The position numbers and the translations under genes are program-made. A stretch of 49,774 bases of DNA from Bacteroidales bacterium (GTDB lineage Bacteria; Bacteroidota; Bacteroidia; Bacteroidales; JAFGXI01). The first letter of the stretch is position 1; the number at the start of each line of letters is the position of its first letter. The stretch covers positions 1-49,774 of the forward strand of contig JAMOQL010000120.1 of the NCBI GenBank assembly GCA_027064025.1. Reading direction: 5' to 3'. This document shows, in pieces, positions 1 to 8,405 of the stretch. Under the pieces are notes generated by a model, which saw nothing but the letters and a program-made list of their open reading frames with translations, had not been told where the DNA came from and did no database searches.

Positions 1-171
1 CTATGCCTGTTCGGAATTGGGGCATTATTTTAAATCAATTTATGACTATATTTGCAGAGAGACTGAGAATTTAAGTTATCGAACCAGTAGATTTTTAGTT
101 TACACAGTTTTCAGAATAGTGTCATAATAAAAAGTATTACTTGTAAATAAATTTACCGAATTAGCTAACCC

Positions 172-208
172 AATAAACAAAGAAAAGCCTTAAACAATGT
201 TTAAGGCT
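172..208 (-). terminator. Rho-independent terminator candidate at the end of the minus-strand operon
   Basis: Inverted repeat agccttaaac/gtttaaggct at 186..208 gives a 10-bp stem with a 3-nt loop. On the minus strand it is followed by a T-rich run (complement of aaacaaagaaaa). It lies 20 nt downstream of the stop at 228. Confidence 0.55.
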
Positions 209-227
209 AGTTAAATAAATTATTAAA

Positions 228-677
228 TTAATTCTTTTTTATCAAGGATAGAATCCCAACGGCACAACCCTCTTTTCCATCTTCAAATGAAATTAAGACC
301 TTATATACTCCAGTTTTAGGACAAATAAAATCGAAATAAGGATAATGTTTTCCTGTCTTTGCAAAATAAGAGGTTCCTAATAATTTTGTTTTATCATAAA
401 GCTGTAAAATAGCTTTTGAATCGAACTCTGTTGCATTACAAATATTAAATCTATAATGATTTCCTTTATTTAATAATAAAGAAAACCTAGCTATTGGTTT
501 CTGTTGACCCTTTTGACGTGGCTTTAATCTTGCTTTAAGTTCTTTAAGATAAGTTGCATCGCTCCCTAATTTAGCACTACAAACCGTTACTAAAGAGCTG
601 TTACATTGAGCTTTTGCTGTATTACTTGATAATATTAATAGAGTAGGTATAATTAATATATATAAATATTTTCTCAT
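228..677 (-). CDS. Small secreted hypothetical protein with several Cys residues, probably a beta-sandwich
   Basis: 149-aa ORF. N-terminal signal peptide MRKYLYILIIPTLLILSSNTAKA/Q. Five further Cys residues. No motif I recognise. It starts 36 nt after the upstream lipoprotein gene. Confidence 0.6.
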   Translation of the reverse strand: MRKYLYILIIPTLLILSSNTAKAQCNSSLVTVCSAKLGSDATYLKELKARLKPRQKGQQKPIARFSLLLNKGNHYRFNICNATEFDSKAILQLYDKTKLLGTSYFAKTGKHYPYFDFICPKTGVYKVLISFEDGKEGCAVGILSLIKKN

Positions 678-713
678 TAATTCTATGTTTTTAGTTTAGA
701 TATCCTCTTTATC

Positions 714-1634
714 TTAATATTTAATAATAAAATTTCTAACATTTTCTACGTTAGCAATTATTTCTTCTAATTGTTCATCTGTCATTTCAATTGTTGTTGT
801 TGTATTTGAAACCACAGTTAAAACGCCATCTACTTCAATCATTTCCGATTCTCCTTCGTGTTCTATTATATTAACTTTTGATAATGAAGCGTTTAAAGTT
901 TCTAACTGGTTATTTAGTTCGAAGAATTTTTTATCATTTTTATAATGAGACAGCACAATCAACAATTGTTCCAAAACAATCTTTTGTTCAGCTACCCGTT
1001 CTCTAATAGTTTGATTATCATTTTCTTTTACAACTTGAGTTGCTAAATACAGACCTTCGACCCATACTCCTGTAACCAACAACGAACTAATACTACTTCT
1101 ATGATTTTCTACTAAATAAGCATCCATATTATCAAAAGCCGAAATTGACATATACATTAAGGAGTCTATATTTTCACTATTTGTTGCCAAACGCTTTAAG
1201 GTTTCAAAGTTAAAAAACTGACCTACTTTCAATTCATCAGAAAGTTCTTTAATCGCTGTAATGTAATTAATAACAGCACCCGTTTTATTATACATATTTA
1301 GGTAACCCATATCTGCACCTAAAACACCCAAATTAAGAGCTTGCTTAAAACTGGTATTGTATTCATCAATATCATCGGTTGAGGATAAAAACTTATAATT
1401 AAATTCTATACCTTCATCTTTTAACAAGGCAGACATTTCTACAGGCGAAGAAATATTTGATATTATTTCTCCCATTGCTTCTTGATCTTCTTCTACAGGC
1501 ACATCGTTAAAAAGAGAATCAGGAACCTCAAAGTTCTCTACATTCAAATCTGTAGTGCTTGAGTCACCCGAGTTATTACAGGCTGAAAAAAAGAAAATAA
1601 TTGCTATTAAGCTAAGCGAAGTTTTAAATTTCAT
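714..1634 (-). CDS. Lipoprotein of unknown function with a predicted helical mature part
   Basis: I moved the start to the internal ATG at 1634 (MKFKTSLSLIAIIFFFSAC NN), which gives a lipobox Cys. The longer ORF-track start at 1697 would lie inside the ABC gene. The ATG overlaps the ABC gene stop by 4 nt (ATGA). Confidence 0.7.
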   Translation of the reverse strand: MKFKTSLSLIAIIFFFSACNNSGDSSTTDLNVENFEVPDSLFNDVPVEEDQEAMGEIISNISSPVEMSALLKDEGIEFNYKFLSSTDDIDEYNTSFKQALNLGVLGADMGYLNMYNKTGAVINYITAIKELSDELKVGQFFNFETLKRLATNSENIDSLMYMSISAFDNMDAYLVENHRSSISSLLVTGVWVEGLYLATQVVKENDNQTIRERVAEQKIVLEQLLIVLSHYKNDKKFFELNNQLETLNASLSKVNIIEHEGESEMIEVDGVLTVVSNTTTTIEMTDEQLEEIIANVENVRNFIIKY

Positions 1635-4600
1635 TTTTTGTGTTTTTTGATTCTTAAATAAAGATAAAATTGTTTTAAATTGAAATACTTTAGCCAATCA
1701 ACTTTTGAACTTATTATTAACAATTTACTTAACAAATCGAAGTATAATGTTATATAAAAGACAATTGTCATTAGCCAAATAATAATAATATTGAATCCAA
1801 ATGTATTATAATAATTTCCTGCAAAAAATTTCTTTGGAGCATAAAAATGTGAACGGAAATTAAAATATCCCTCATCACTTCTTGGAAGCATAAAAATTGG
1901 ATCTATTTGTTGAATAAGGGCATCGTTATATCTGATAAACTGATTCTTTTCATAGATGTTTTTAACTATATCGCTTACAGCATCATTTCTATAGTCATTC
2001 TTTAATTTCTTATACAATTTAGGATTGTTTTCCATTGCCCAAGATATTATCTTATCTTTTTTCCCATTAGCTTCGGTAAACATATTACTATAATAAGTAT
2101 TCAATTCCTCGATATATGACTTTGAAAGAAAAGTTATAAAAAGAGACAACGAATCGGGTTGTAATTTATCGACAAACTTATCGATTGGGAAATTCGGTAA
2201 AACATGATGTTGTTTTTTAAATTCGTTTTGCAATAAATCTAAATCTTCTATTACCTTTTTCTGAATTTGAGGATCGTCAGATTTACAATTTTTATAACTA
2301 TAATCAAGCCGTTCTTTTAACTCAGGGAGATAATAAATTTGTTTAAAATTAGAGACACTTTCTTTTTTATCAATTTCAAAAAACTTTTTCTCGTACTCAT
2401 TATTCTTAAATTGGTTAACCATAAGAGCTTCGTAAGCCCATTTAGAGGCCATAAATTCAGCTACAACAGGTACTTTTTCTACAGTTCCAATACTTCTGTT
2501 TAATTTATCGAAACTAAACATGGCTCCTCCTAAAATCATTTGTGGTATTAAAATTAAAGGAATCATAATATAGATTGTAACCACCGAATTAAAAGCCGAT
2601 GAAATATTTAAGCCCAAAATATTAGCAAAAGAAGCTATACTAAACAACACAATCCAATATTCATAAGTCATTCCCTTAATCCCAAGGATAGAATTACCAA
2701 TAATTGCAAACAGAGCCATTTGAATGGCTGATAAAGAAAATAGAATTCCTATTTTAGATATCAAATAGGAAGACCGACTCAGGTTAAGAAACTTTTCTCT
2801 TTTAAGTATCTTTCGATCTTTAAAAATCTCCTCCGCACTTACGGTAAGCCCCAAAAAAAGTGCAACCACAATTGTCATAAAGATATAAGGAGGGATATTT
2901 TCGTTTTCTCTAAAAATATACACCTGTGAATGCGGATCTGCAATATATCTAATAATAAAAGCTAAAATAACAGCAAGAAGCGGAGCTTCTAATAAATTCA
3001 TCACAATATATTGAGCATTACTTACCTTTGATAAAAAATCTCTTTTAAGATAAATAATTACTTGAGAAAACCATTTGGGTATAGATAAAGACTTTGGAGG
3101 TTGATCGTTAACTGTAGTTATGGCTTTAGTACTAATATTTTCTTGATAAGAATTAGCCCAAGTTTCGGGAAGTACTTTACGTTTTTCTTGAAAAATCCCA
3201 TATTCATCGACTACCTTTGCCTCAATAATATTAAAAATTAATTCAGGGTTTACATTTCCACAAACATGGCACTCCCCAACATCACTATTAACCTGAGCGT
3301 CAACCTTTTTGAAATACATCACTGCTTCTACAGGATTCCCAGAATATATTAAATAGCCTCCAGTATCGAGAATAATCATTCTATCAAACATTTTAAAAAT
3401 ATCTGATGATGGTTGATGAATAACCACGAAAATTAATTTTCCCTTAAGGCTTAACTCCCTTAATAAGTCCATAACATTCTCTGAATCTCTAGAAGAAAGT
3501 CCAGAAGTTGGTTCATCAACAAATAATACGGACGGTTCTCGTATTAATTCAAGAGCAATATTAAGCCGTTTTCGCTGTCCGCCACTAATCAATTTATTTA
3601 AAGGATTCCCTACTTTTAGATCGCGACGATCATATAACTCTAATGATTTTAGAGTTTTATTTACCAATGCATCTAATTCTTCTTTTGTAGAATCTTTAAA
3701 ACATAATTTTGCATTAAAGTATAAATTCTGATAAACAGTCAGCTCTTCAATTAACAAATCATCTTGAGGGATATAACCTATTACACCTTCCAATTCTTCT
3801 TTTTCTGCAAAAAGATCTAAACCATTAATTAATACCTGTCCACTTGTTGGGGCTTGTAAACCCGCCAGAACATTCATTAAAGTTGTTTTACCTGCTCCAC
3901 TGGCGCCCATTATTCCAACAAGTTTCCCTTGCTTTTCTTCGATATTTATATTTCGAAGTCCTAAATTCCCATTAGGAAATTGATAAACAATATTTTTGGC
4001 TTGAAAAGAAATATTTACCTGAGCCCTATCTCGCATAAAACGAGCTATAACATCACTATAATACAAAGGTTTACCCTTTGGTAATTTAATAGAGCTTCCA
4101 TTTGCAAATAAATAAATACTCTCCTTTGTTAATGGTAATCCATTTATTAACAAAGAATTAGCCCCAGTATATTTAACAAAATACAAATCGGTGCTTTCAA
4201 CTCTAAGAATACAAACACGCCCTTCTAAACCTTTTATATTAACATAAAACGAATGTTCGTCTGATTGTTGTTCACTTTCTTCGTAAACAATAATATTTTT
4301 GTTACTTATTTCAGAAATATTTGATAAGACATAGTTTTTAATGTCTTTTACCTCTGTAGAAGAAATATTGAATACTTCGGCAACTGTAGATATTATTGCC
4401 ATTCTTTGCTCAGTAAACTTTTTGTCAGAATTAACCAACTCATAAAGTCTAACTAGCACTACAACTTTCTGTTTCTGCGAAAGTGTTTTATTAATTTTTT
4501 TTGCAATTCCTAGAGTTTTTACAGAATCTCCAACTGAAGTAAGATTCCCTGTACTCTCTTCTTTTTTTTCTCTAAGTTTACTCGTTTTTTTACGAGATTT

Positions 4601-4765
4601 TGCTTTTTTCTCAAAGAGCTCTAAATATGAGTTTAAATCATGCTCTCCAATTTGCTGACGTAAGAACGCACGAACATAAGCCCGCTCAGTATCTTCAACT
4701 CCACCATCTTGTTTTGCAATAATTGCAAATAATTGCATTAAAGCTTTTAAAATCTCTTCACTCAT
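1631..4765 (-). CDS. ABCG-like fused ABC transporter (ATPase plus ABC-2 permease) with a long N-terminal regulatory extension (TerB-like helical region, then an FHA-like segment)
   Basis: Walker A GASGAGKTT, ABC signature LSGGQRKR and Walker B LFVDEPTSGL are present, followed by a multi-TM ABC-2-type region. A soluble insert of about 200 aa precedes the last TM. Roughly 280 aa lie ahead of Walker A. The start is 22 nt after the DUF1987 gene. Confidence 0.85.
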   Translation of the reverse strand: MSEEILKALMQLFAIIAKQDGGVEDTERAYVRAFLRQQIGEHDLNSYLELFEKKAKSRKKTSKLREKKEESTGNLTSVGDSVKTLGIAKKINKTLSQKQKVVVLVRLYELVNSDKKFTEQRMAIISTVAEVFNISSTEVKDIKNYVLSNISEISNKNIIVYEESEQQSDEHSFYVNIKGLEGRVCILRVESTDLYFVKYTGANSLLINGLPLTKESIYLFANGSSIKLPKGKPLYYSDVIARFMRDRAQVNISFQAKNIVYQFPNGNLGLRNINIEEKQGKLVGIMGASGAGKTTLMNVLAGLQAPTSGQVLINGLDLFAEKEELEGVIGYIPQDDLLIEELTVYQNLYFNAKLCFKDSTKEELDALVNKTLKSLELYDRRDLKVGNPLNKLISGGQRKRLNIALELIREPSVLFVDEPTSGLSSRDSENVMDLLRELSLKGKLIFVVIHQPSSDIFKMFDRMIILDTGGYLIYSGNPVEAVMYFKKVDAQVNSDVGECHVCGNVNPELIFNIIEAKVVDEYGIFQEKRKVLPETWANSYQENISTKAITTVNDQPPKSLSIPKWFSQVIIYLKRDFLSKVSNAQYIVMNLLEAPLLAVILAFIIRYIADPHSQVYIFRENENIPPYIFMTIVVALFLGLTVSAEEIFKDRKILKREKFLNLSRSSYLISKIGILFSLSAIQMALFAIIGNSILGIKGMTYEYWIVLFSIASFANILGLNISSAFNSVVTIYIMIPLILIPQMILGGAMFSFDKLNRSIGTVEKVPVVAEFMASKWAYEALMVNQFKNNEYEKKFFEIDKKESVSNFKQIYYLPELKERLDYSYKNCKSDDPQIQKKVIEDLDLLQNEFKKQHHVLPNFPIDKFVDKLQPDSLSLFITFLSKSYIEELNTYYSNMFTEANGKKDKIISWAMENNPKLYKKLKNDYRNDAVSDIVKNIYEKNQFIRYNDALIQQIDPIFMLPRSDEGYFNFRSHFYAPKKFFAGNYYNTFGFNIIIIWLMTIVFYITLYFDLLSKLLIISSKVDWLKYFNLKQFYLYLRIKKHKK

Positions 4766-4787
4766 GCGCTAAAATAAAGCAAAATAT

Positions 4788-5168
4788 TTAGTCTTCGTAT
4801 GGTATTTGTTCGAATGGAACATCTACAATATCAGCATATTCCTCACCAGCTTCTTCCATATCCTCATCATCTTCAGGAAAATACCATTTAACTGAAATTT
4901 CTTTTCCTGCCTCAAACATTTCTTCAAGTTTAAGAAGAATATCTAATAGTAATTTAGACGATGCTGTATTAAAATATTCTAATTTAAAGCCAAAAGTCAT
5001 TTTTTTATACTTGCTTTCTGAGAAATCTTCAAGCCAGTCTAGAATTGGATCATAAAATGCCCCAACATCTTCTGGCAAAGAGCGTCCAGACAACTGAAAA
5101 ATTTCATTCTCTACATCTAAAACAACTGCAGGAGTATCGTCCGTTCCTTGAATCTTGATTATATCCAT
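4788..5168 (-). CDS. SiaC-like DUF1987 regulatory phosphoprotein (partner-switch substrate)
   Basis: 126 aa. The N-terminus IKIQGTDDTPAVVLD..FQLSGRSLPED and the YFNT(68)ASSK motif are typical of DUF1987/SiaC proteins. The C-terminal tail is acidic. Confidence 0.75.
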   Translation of the reverse strand: MDIIKIQGTDDTPAVVLDVENEIFQLSGRSLPEDVGAFYDPILDWLEDFSESKYKKMTFGFKLEYFNTASSKLLLDILLKLEEMFEAGKEISVKWYFPEDDEDMEEAGEEYADIVDVPFEQIPYED

Positions 5169-5196
5169 AGTGTATTTATTTATCTTGTTATAGTTA

Positions 5197-5766
5197 TTAT
5201 TTCTTTCTTTCTATTCGCGATGTTAATATAAAAAATGATACCTGGTCATCGATATCTAAGAAATAGAATTCGAGTGGATTTCCTGTTTTTTTAGCAATAT
5301 CGATAAATCCTAGACCAGCTCCTTGCTTATCCGAAAGAGTACCTCCTTTAATTTGTTCTTTATGAAGTTTTTTTAATCCTTCTTTATCAAGGCTGTTTAT
5401 CAGATTTAGCTGATTTGTTAATTCTTTAATATTATCGTTTGAAACAACATTTCCTGTTGTTACACCATATTGATTTTCGTCTTTATGAATTAAAAAAACA
5501 CCTCTTTTTTCTTTATGGACTTCCCCTAAATCAACCTCCTCGGCATGTTTACTTATGTTTTGCAAACACTCTACCATAACATGAAAAACTTTCCGTTGGG
5601 TAGAACTCGACTCATCTGCTTTATCCATTGCAGATTCGGTTAAAGAGGTAAATGCTTTAGTTATATCATGAGTAATTTCTCCTTCGTATACCAAACTCAC
5701 TTCATTCTGTTTCATTAGTTTATAAAACTGAAAAACGCTTTTGATAAATTCACTTTCTTTAATCAT
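5197..5766 (-). CDS. SiaB-like small protein kinase (anti-sigma-factor-kinase/GHKL-like fold)
   Basis: 189 aa. It has the N-box-like ECLQNISKHA and the G-box-like GAGLGFIDIAKKTGNPLEF that I associate with SiaB-family kinases. It sits between the PP2C and DUF1987 genes. Confidence 0.7.
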   Translation of the reverse strand: MIKESEFIKSVFQFYKLMKQNEVSLVYEGEITHDITKAFTSLTESAMDKADESSSTQRKVFHVMVECLQNISKHAEEVDLGEVHKEKRGVFLIHKDENQYGVTTGNVVSNDNIKELTNQLNLINSLDKEGLKKLHKEQIKGGTLSDKQGAGLGFIDIAKKTGNPLEFYFLDIDDQVSFFILTSRIERKK

Positions 5767-5777
5767 TATTATATTCT

Positions 5778-8405
5778 TTAAAATCCAATTCCTATTAATA
5801 ATATATCATCTATTTGCTTATGCGCTCCTTTATATTCGTCAAAATCTTTAACAAACTTATTAGAATATTCAGGCATTCTCAATTCTTGATTCTTAATAAT
5901 TAACTCTCGCATCCTTTTAGCTTGATACTTTTTATGAGTCTTCTCGCCTACTTGATCAGGTAAACCATCCGAGAAAAAGAAAATCTTATCATCCTTTTTA
6001 ACATCAATTACATAATTTGTAAAATCTTTCTCTTTCTTTTTTTTATGAGGTATTCCTCCAATAGCCTTTCTATCACCTTTAAATATCTCTAAATTATTAT
6101 CACGCAATAAGTATAATGGGCGATGTGCTCCAGCATATTCTAAAACCTTTGTCTTTTTATTATATTTACATAATGCAATGTCCATACCGTCTCTAGCATT
6201 AGCTCCCTCTTGATCTTGACGAAGTGTTTTTCGTACTCCATAATGTAGTTCATCGCAAACTTGAGCTGCAGAAAGTTCTCTATCGTGGTCTACAATATTC
6301 TGTAATAAAAAATATCCAATAAACGAAAGTAAGGCACCTGGGACGCCGTGACCTGTACAATCTACTGCGGCAACATAAACATAGTCTCCTTTTTCAAAAA
6401 GCCATGGAAAATCTCCACTAACAACATCTTTAGGTTTATAAAATATAAAAGAGTCTTTAAAATGATTTTTCAAAACTCCATTATCAGGCAAAATAGCATT
6501 TTGAATTCTTTTAGCATAATTTATACTCTCTGTAATTTTTTTATTCTTATCCTTAATTTCTAGCTCAATCTTCTTTTGCTCTGTAATATCATGAGCCACA
6601 AACAAAACCGTTTCTAAAGTTTGTTGTTCATTATATTCTGGAATAGATGAAATATGCATAATTCTTTGCAACTCATCTGTATCAATAATAAACTCAGCTT
6701 CTTTGTTTACTGGATTTTGATTCATTTCATCGAGAACATTTTCGAAAAAATCTTGTAAACCATTCGGTAATTGGACTTCACTAATAGGTTTATTTATAGC
6801 TTCTTGCACCTGCACTCCTGTATATTGTGTAAAAGTAGGATTTAAATAGAAGAATTTTTTTGTTGAACTTCCAATTCTCATAATAACATCGTTAGAGTTT
6901 TCGGATAGAGATTGCATTTGTCCCCTTCTTCGTTGCTCTTTCTCGGCCAATTTTCTTTGCGATATATCTCGAGTATTTAGAATAATTCCAGCAATTGCGA
7001 GATTTTCTAAAAGATTGATAGCCGTAACTTCTAACCAAACTTTTATACCTTCGTTTTCTTTATACAAAAACTCTACACTTTCTTTCTTTGATGGATTCTG
7101 TTTTACAGAGTTAAATAATTCTTCTAAAATTTCTTGGTTTTGTCCAAGATCTTCAAATATATATGTACCTATCTTTTGGTCAGGCTCATAGCCTAATATT
7201 TTTGTCGTAGCAGGAGACTCATATTGTACAATTCCGTCTTCGTTAATTATTGATATTACCTCTGACGCATTCTCTAACAAAGAATTTAATTTAGTTTGTG
7301 AATTCTCAACTTCCTGAATTTTAATAGCTAAATCTTTATTGGTTTCCTCCAACTCTTCTTGAGTAGACAACATTTCCTCTGCATTTTGTCTTAATTCTTC
7401 TTCATTTTCCTGCAATTCGGTTGTCATTGCTTGTGACTCTGAAAGAAGATTCGCTGTTTTTTCATTAATTAGTATATTAAAGATCGTTTGACCAATAACA
7501 TCTCCTAAATTATTCACAAAATGAATAACACGCTCAGATATTTCGTTGTCAACAGCAGCAAACTCTATTACTCCTCTCAATTTTTCGTCACTAATTAAAG
7601 GAACCAATAAAATTGAGCCAGGCTTTTTATCACCAAGAATTCCAGAGCTAATAGAAACGTAGTCTTCTGGAATTTCTTTTCTATAAATATACTGCTTTTC
7701 GTATGCAACTTGTCCAATAAGACCAACTCCTATAGGAACTTCTTGTTTAATAAACTTCTGCCTGTCATAAGCATACGATGCAACATTTTCAAGAATTTGC
7801 TTTTCTTCATCATATAAATAGAAAGAGCCTTGAATTAAATTAGTGTAGCTTATAATATCTAACAATACTTGATAGGCTAGTTGATTAATATTATTGTATT
7901 TCCTTAAAGTTGAAGAAATAATATCTCGACCTTTTATTTGCCAATTTTGCTCAGTTTCTTTTATTGTTGATTCCTTAAGATTATCTCTCATTAAGATTAA
8001 TTTCTTAATTAAATCATCCTTTTTATTAGTATCTAAAGAAGCTTCGTAATTTCCTTTACTTATTTCATCAGAAAAGCTATAAATACTTTTTAAGTATTCT
8101 TTTTTATCAATTATTTCGTTTTTAAAAGAGGTTTGATCTTTATCTATTATTTTAGCTAGAATTAAAGCAACTCCACCTAAAATAAACGGAGCTAAATCGA
8201 TAACAAAATGTAGTGGATTTGAGATATGCATAGTCCATAAACCTGTAACCGTAATATGAATCCCTCTAAATAATATATCAATAGTCCATGAAATAATGGG
8301 GAACATCATTCCAAAGAGAAAGCCCGCAACAGGATATTTTTGGGTTTCTTCAGATAAATTAAAAAGCCCCTTTTCTACTTCAATATTTTCTTTTTGTTCT
8401 ATCAT
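5778..8405 (-). CDS. Membrane-anchored GAF / coiled-coil / 2x PAS / PP2C (SpoIIE-family) protein phosphatase, SiaA-like
   Basis: 875 aa. N-terminal hydrophobic helices, then a GAF (YAYDRQKF..GVGLIGQ..SSGILG), a Q/E-rich coil and two PAS-like blocks. The C-terminal SpoIIE/PP2C motifs are SGDFPW...AAVDCTGHGVPGALLS...FSDGLPDQ...DDILLIGI. The ATG overlaps the stop of the upstream GAF gene by 1 nt. Confidence 0.85.
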   Translation of the reverse strand: MIEQKENIEVEKGLFNLSEETQKYPVAGFLFGMMFPIISWTIDILFRGIHITVTGLWTMHISNPLHFVIDLAPFILGGVALILAKIIDKDQTSFKNEIIDKKEYLKSIYSFSDEISKGNYEASLDTNKKDDLIKKLILMRDNLKESTIKETEQNWQIKGRDIISSTLRKYNNINQLAYQVLLDIISYTNLIQGSFYLYDEEKQILENVASYAYDRQKFIKQEVPIGVGLIGQVAYEKQYIYRKEIPEDYVSISSGILGDKKPGSILLVPLISDEKLRGVIEFAAVDNEISERVIHFVNNLGDVIGQTIFNILINEKTANLLSESQAMTTELQENEEELRQNAEEMLSTQEELEETNKDLAIKIQEVENSQTKLNSLLENASEVISIINEDGIVQYESPATTKILGYEPDQKIGTYIFEDLGQNQEILEELFNSVKQNPSKKESVEFLYKENEGIKVWLEVTAINLLENLAIAGIILNTRDISQRKLAEKEQRRRGQMQSLSENSNDVIMRIGSSTKKFFYLNPTFTQYTGVQVQEAINKPISEVQLPNGLQDFFENVLDEMNQNPVNKEAEFIIDTDELQRIMHISSIPEYNEQQTLETVLFVAHDITEQKKIELEIKDKNKKITESINYAKRIQNAILPDNGVLKNHFKDSFIFYKPKDVVSGDFPWLFEKGDYVYVAAVDCTGHGVPGALLSFIGYFLLQNIVDHDRELSAAQVCDELHYGVRKTLRQDQEGANARDGMDIALCKYNKKTKVLEYAGAHRPLYLLRDNNLEIFKGDRKAIGGIPHKKKKEKDFTNYVIDVKKDDKIFFFSDGLPDQVGEKTHKKYQAKRMRELIIKNQELRMPEYSNKFVKDFDEYKGAHKQIDDILLIGIGF

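Noticed and set aside
1-227. A TATATTTG -7-like box at 47..54 plus the hairpin at 186..208, considered as a possible small RNA gene on the + strand
   Set aside because: The hairpin is better explained as the terminator of the minus-strand operon, because the T-tract is on the minus strand only. There is no properly spaced -33 element, no recognisable RNA family and the region is truncated at the window edge.
6348-6563. Short antisense ORFs inside long genes. Examples: 6348..6563, 8394..8678, 9447..9638, 10370..10591, 11269..11595, 13008..13226, 13783..14028, 14172..14387, 15582..15764, 16761..17018, 17532..17789, 17933..18166, 19692..19895, 21450..21656, 21989..22198, 24366..24563, 25358..25630, 25800..26030, 26604..26789, 29024..29221, 31272..31496, 31581..31880, 32875..33075, 33041..33256, 35259..35444, 38156..38365, 39416..39625, 40518..40736, 42290..42535, 43517..43711, 44394..44591 and 46463..46750
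   Set aside because: All are embedded in or opposite to well-supported longer CDSs. They have low-complexity or hydrophobic junk-like translations and no recognisable motifs. They are typical shadow ORFs in AT-rich DNA.
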